DNA of 64,000 bases from Gnetum montanum (lineage: Eukaryota; Plantae; Gnetophyta): NCBI GenBank assembly GCA_015680685.1, contig MNCI01001451.1, positions 799,228 to 863,227 of the forward strand, in the 5' to 3' direction. The notes under the pieces are model-generated. The model ran no database searches, was not told the DNA's origin, and saw only the letters and a program-made list of their open reading frames with translations. Below are positions 62,050 through 64,000 of this stretch, in pieces. Made by a program: the position numbers and the translations under genes. The first letter of the stretch is position 1; each line of letters opens with the position of its first letter.

Positions 62050-63633
62050 TATTGGTGTTAGAAATCTTGATTGCTAGAATGAAAAAATTGAAAGATCCAT
62101 GTGTCAAAATAGTTTTAACCCCAAATCCCAATGGCCTATGAAAAAATGAGATTCAAGGTACCCTAATCGATCTTGCTGATCACCCAAAGACTTAAAAAAT
62201 GTAAATGAAAATAACTATGAAAATGTAAACATAATCATAAATAAAATCATAAATGAAAATGAAAATAAAAATGTAAATATAAATAGAAATGACTTTATAA
62301 ATGGAAATGGAAATGGTATTATAGTTGCATATCCAAAATAAAAACAAGTGTAGAAATAAAAACATAAACTAAAACTTGCACAACATGAATAATAAAATTT
62401 ATAAAAGATAAAGAATAAAGGTTCACAAAGTATAGGTTTTTTTCCAAAAGCACATGAAGTTGCTTGCGGAAGCTCAAAGTCCATTGGAGAAGACAAGCTA
62501 CATCCTATTGCAACTTGACAATCTAGTTTCTTTCCAATTTCAATTTTAAACAAATTTCCACCAATTTCTACCAAGTTATGTAATGAGGTTACAAAAATGG
62601 ATTTTCACTCTTGGTGCAATGGCTACAACGTGGGAGTCTCTATGCCCAACGTAGTGTTAATTTTTATTGTTGAAGAGTGGATGTAAGATTGCAATGATTG
62701 TAATGGACTTTGATGGCTATGAAAAGAGATGTGAAAATTGAAAATATTATTATTGTGAAAGGTTGCCAAAATGTCAAAGTGCTCTTGAGTGCCAAGAGTT
62801 GGAAATGCCAAAAAGTTGAAAAATGCTAAAAGTTAGAACATGTTAAAAGTTAGGGACTAAAAATGATGTTGATGTTGGATTTTTATAGGGTAGGGTCGAT
62901 ATTTTTGGGACTATGCATTACTACCATTGACTGCTGATAGATTGCTATCAATGTGTAGGTTGCAATGGTCATCTTCTCCCAGTGTAGTTACCATTTGTTG
63001 TAAGTCTAGAATGGACTATGACCACAAAATCCATCTATACACTATAAATAGTAAATGGATTTCTCTGACTACACTGACACCATTCCTACTACACTGGCAT
63101 TGGTGGACTACACTAAGGTTGATGAAAAATGGCAAAAGTGGTGGAAAATATGGAAAAAGTTAAAAATTGTGGAAATGATGGAATCCATTGGTAAGTGTTG
63201 TCCCTAGTGGAGATGTTATCTACGTTGGCCATTGGTGACTTGGGATGACTATGCTGGGTGTTGTTGGAAAAATAGAAATTCCAACAATTCCAATGTTGCA
63301 CTTTTGCTGGGTCTTGGTAATAACTCTGTTAGCTATTGTAGCTACTATGTTTACTAAAAATGGCTCTAGCATAGTTGGGGCTATGCCCCTATGAAAACCC
63401 TTGGAAATGCCAACTTTAGCCATTACCAAGCCATTTTCAGCTTTGCTAGACATTAGGTACCTTTTTCTACTTGGGAAGTAAGGTAGTAACAACTTTTGAA
63501 ATATTTTTTTGGTCCCAAGAAAGTTGAAGTATGCAAGATTGTAGCTTACAAACTAGATATCCAACATTTACAATGAATCCTTGCCTCAAATTAGAAAATG
63601 AAGGTTTCAACATGGATTTTTGGTGGTGCTTCA
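62050..63633 (-). repeat. 5' LTR of Ogre/Tat element
   Basis: Homologous to 49951-50968, bounded by the TSD, and contains GACTACGCT-derived motifs. Confidence 0.9.
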
Positions 63634-63694
63634 CATAGCATGAAAGCTTTGCTTTTTTCTATACTAAGGGTCTATCATGTTCATGAAAGGCTAA

Positions 63695-64000
63695 TGTAGT
63701 GATCGAAATTGTCAGCGGCTGGAAAACACTGACGGGTCATCAATCATAGATAGTCTTAACCCCGTTTCCATGGGAGGGCCATGCTAGATGGAGTGGAAAT
63801 GGGGCACCCTGAACGGTTTGGTTGATTAGACAGGGACTTAGTCAGTGTTAATATAACCTTTTGCAATGTGTGGTTTGAGAAGAAACAACGGGACTGATAG
63901 CGTGAAGTAATGCTTAAATGTAAAAAAAAAATAGAAAATAATGTAAAATGTAATAATAAGTAGGAGATAAAGTAAAATGCAGTTAGAAAAATGCACTGCT
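63695..64000 (-). mobile_element. Probable end of a younger Ogre-like LTR running off the window
   Basis: Abrupt start TGTAGTGATCG (minus ...CGATCACTACA) with CG/CHG sites retained, followed by A-rich AAATGTAAAA tracts like those in the neighbouring LTRs. Confidence 0.4.

Larger units (their letters stand above)
49951..63633 (-). mobile_element. Complete non-autonomous Ogre/Tat-type Ty3/gypsy element (gag and protease only), 5-bp TSD CATAG
   Basis: LTRs at 49951-50968 and 62050-63633, with CATAG at 49946-49950 and 63634-63638. Gag and PR are on the minus strand, followed by a ~7 kb repeat-rich 3' region. Confidence 0.92.

Overview
This is AT-rich eukaryotic DNA, most likely from a vascular plant (iMet/Asp primer-binding sites, Athila, SIRE and Ogre/Tat retroelements, CG and CHG depletion); the species cannot be determined. 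Most of the window is a nest of old, heavily deaminated transposons, and nearly all ORFs in the supplied track are fragments or spurious. From left to right it contains: a possible host exon (1-~670); a ~1.4 kb mini copia-type LTR element whose gag zinc-knuckle sequence is folded back on itself; a decayed RTEX-like LINE 3' end abutting a frameshifted, transit-peptide-like gene 5' fragment; a Helitron PIF1 helicase remnant; a minus-strand Athila-like element with gag-pol plus two extra 3' ORFs; a truncated SIRE copia spanning a 1-N assembly gap that exposes a young LTR end; a second Athila-like remnant carrying a gag-only SIRE (TSD GTTTA); a gag-only Athila (TSD GAAGG/AAAGG) splitting another gag; a 306-bp RTE-derived element with a perfect 15-bp TSD; and a 13.7-kb gag-protease-only Ogre/Tat element (TSD CATAG). 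The 3' region of that last element holds a ~190-bp-period array of nested palindromic cores. No rRNA, tRNA or CRISPR array is supported. All family assignments rest on motifs read by eye, not on database searches.
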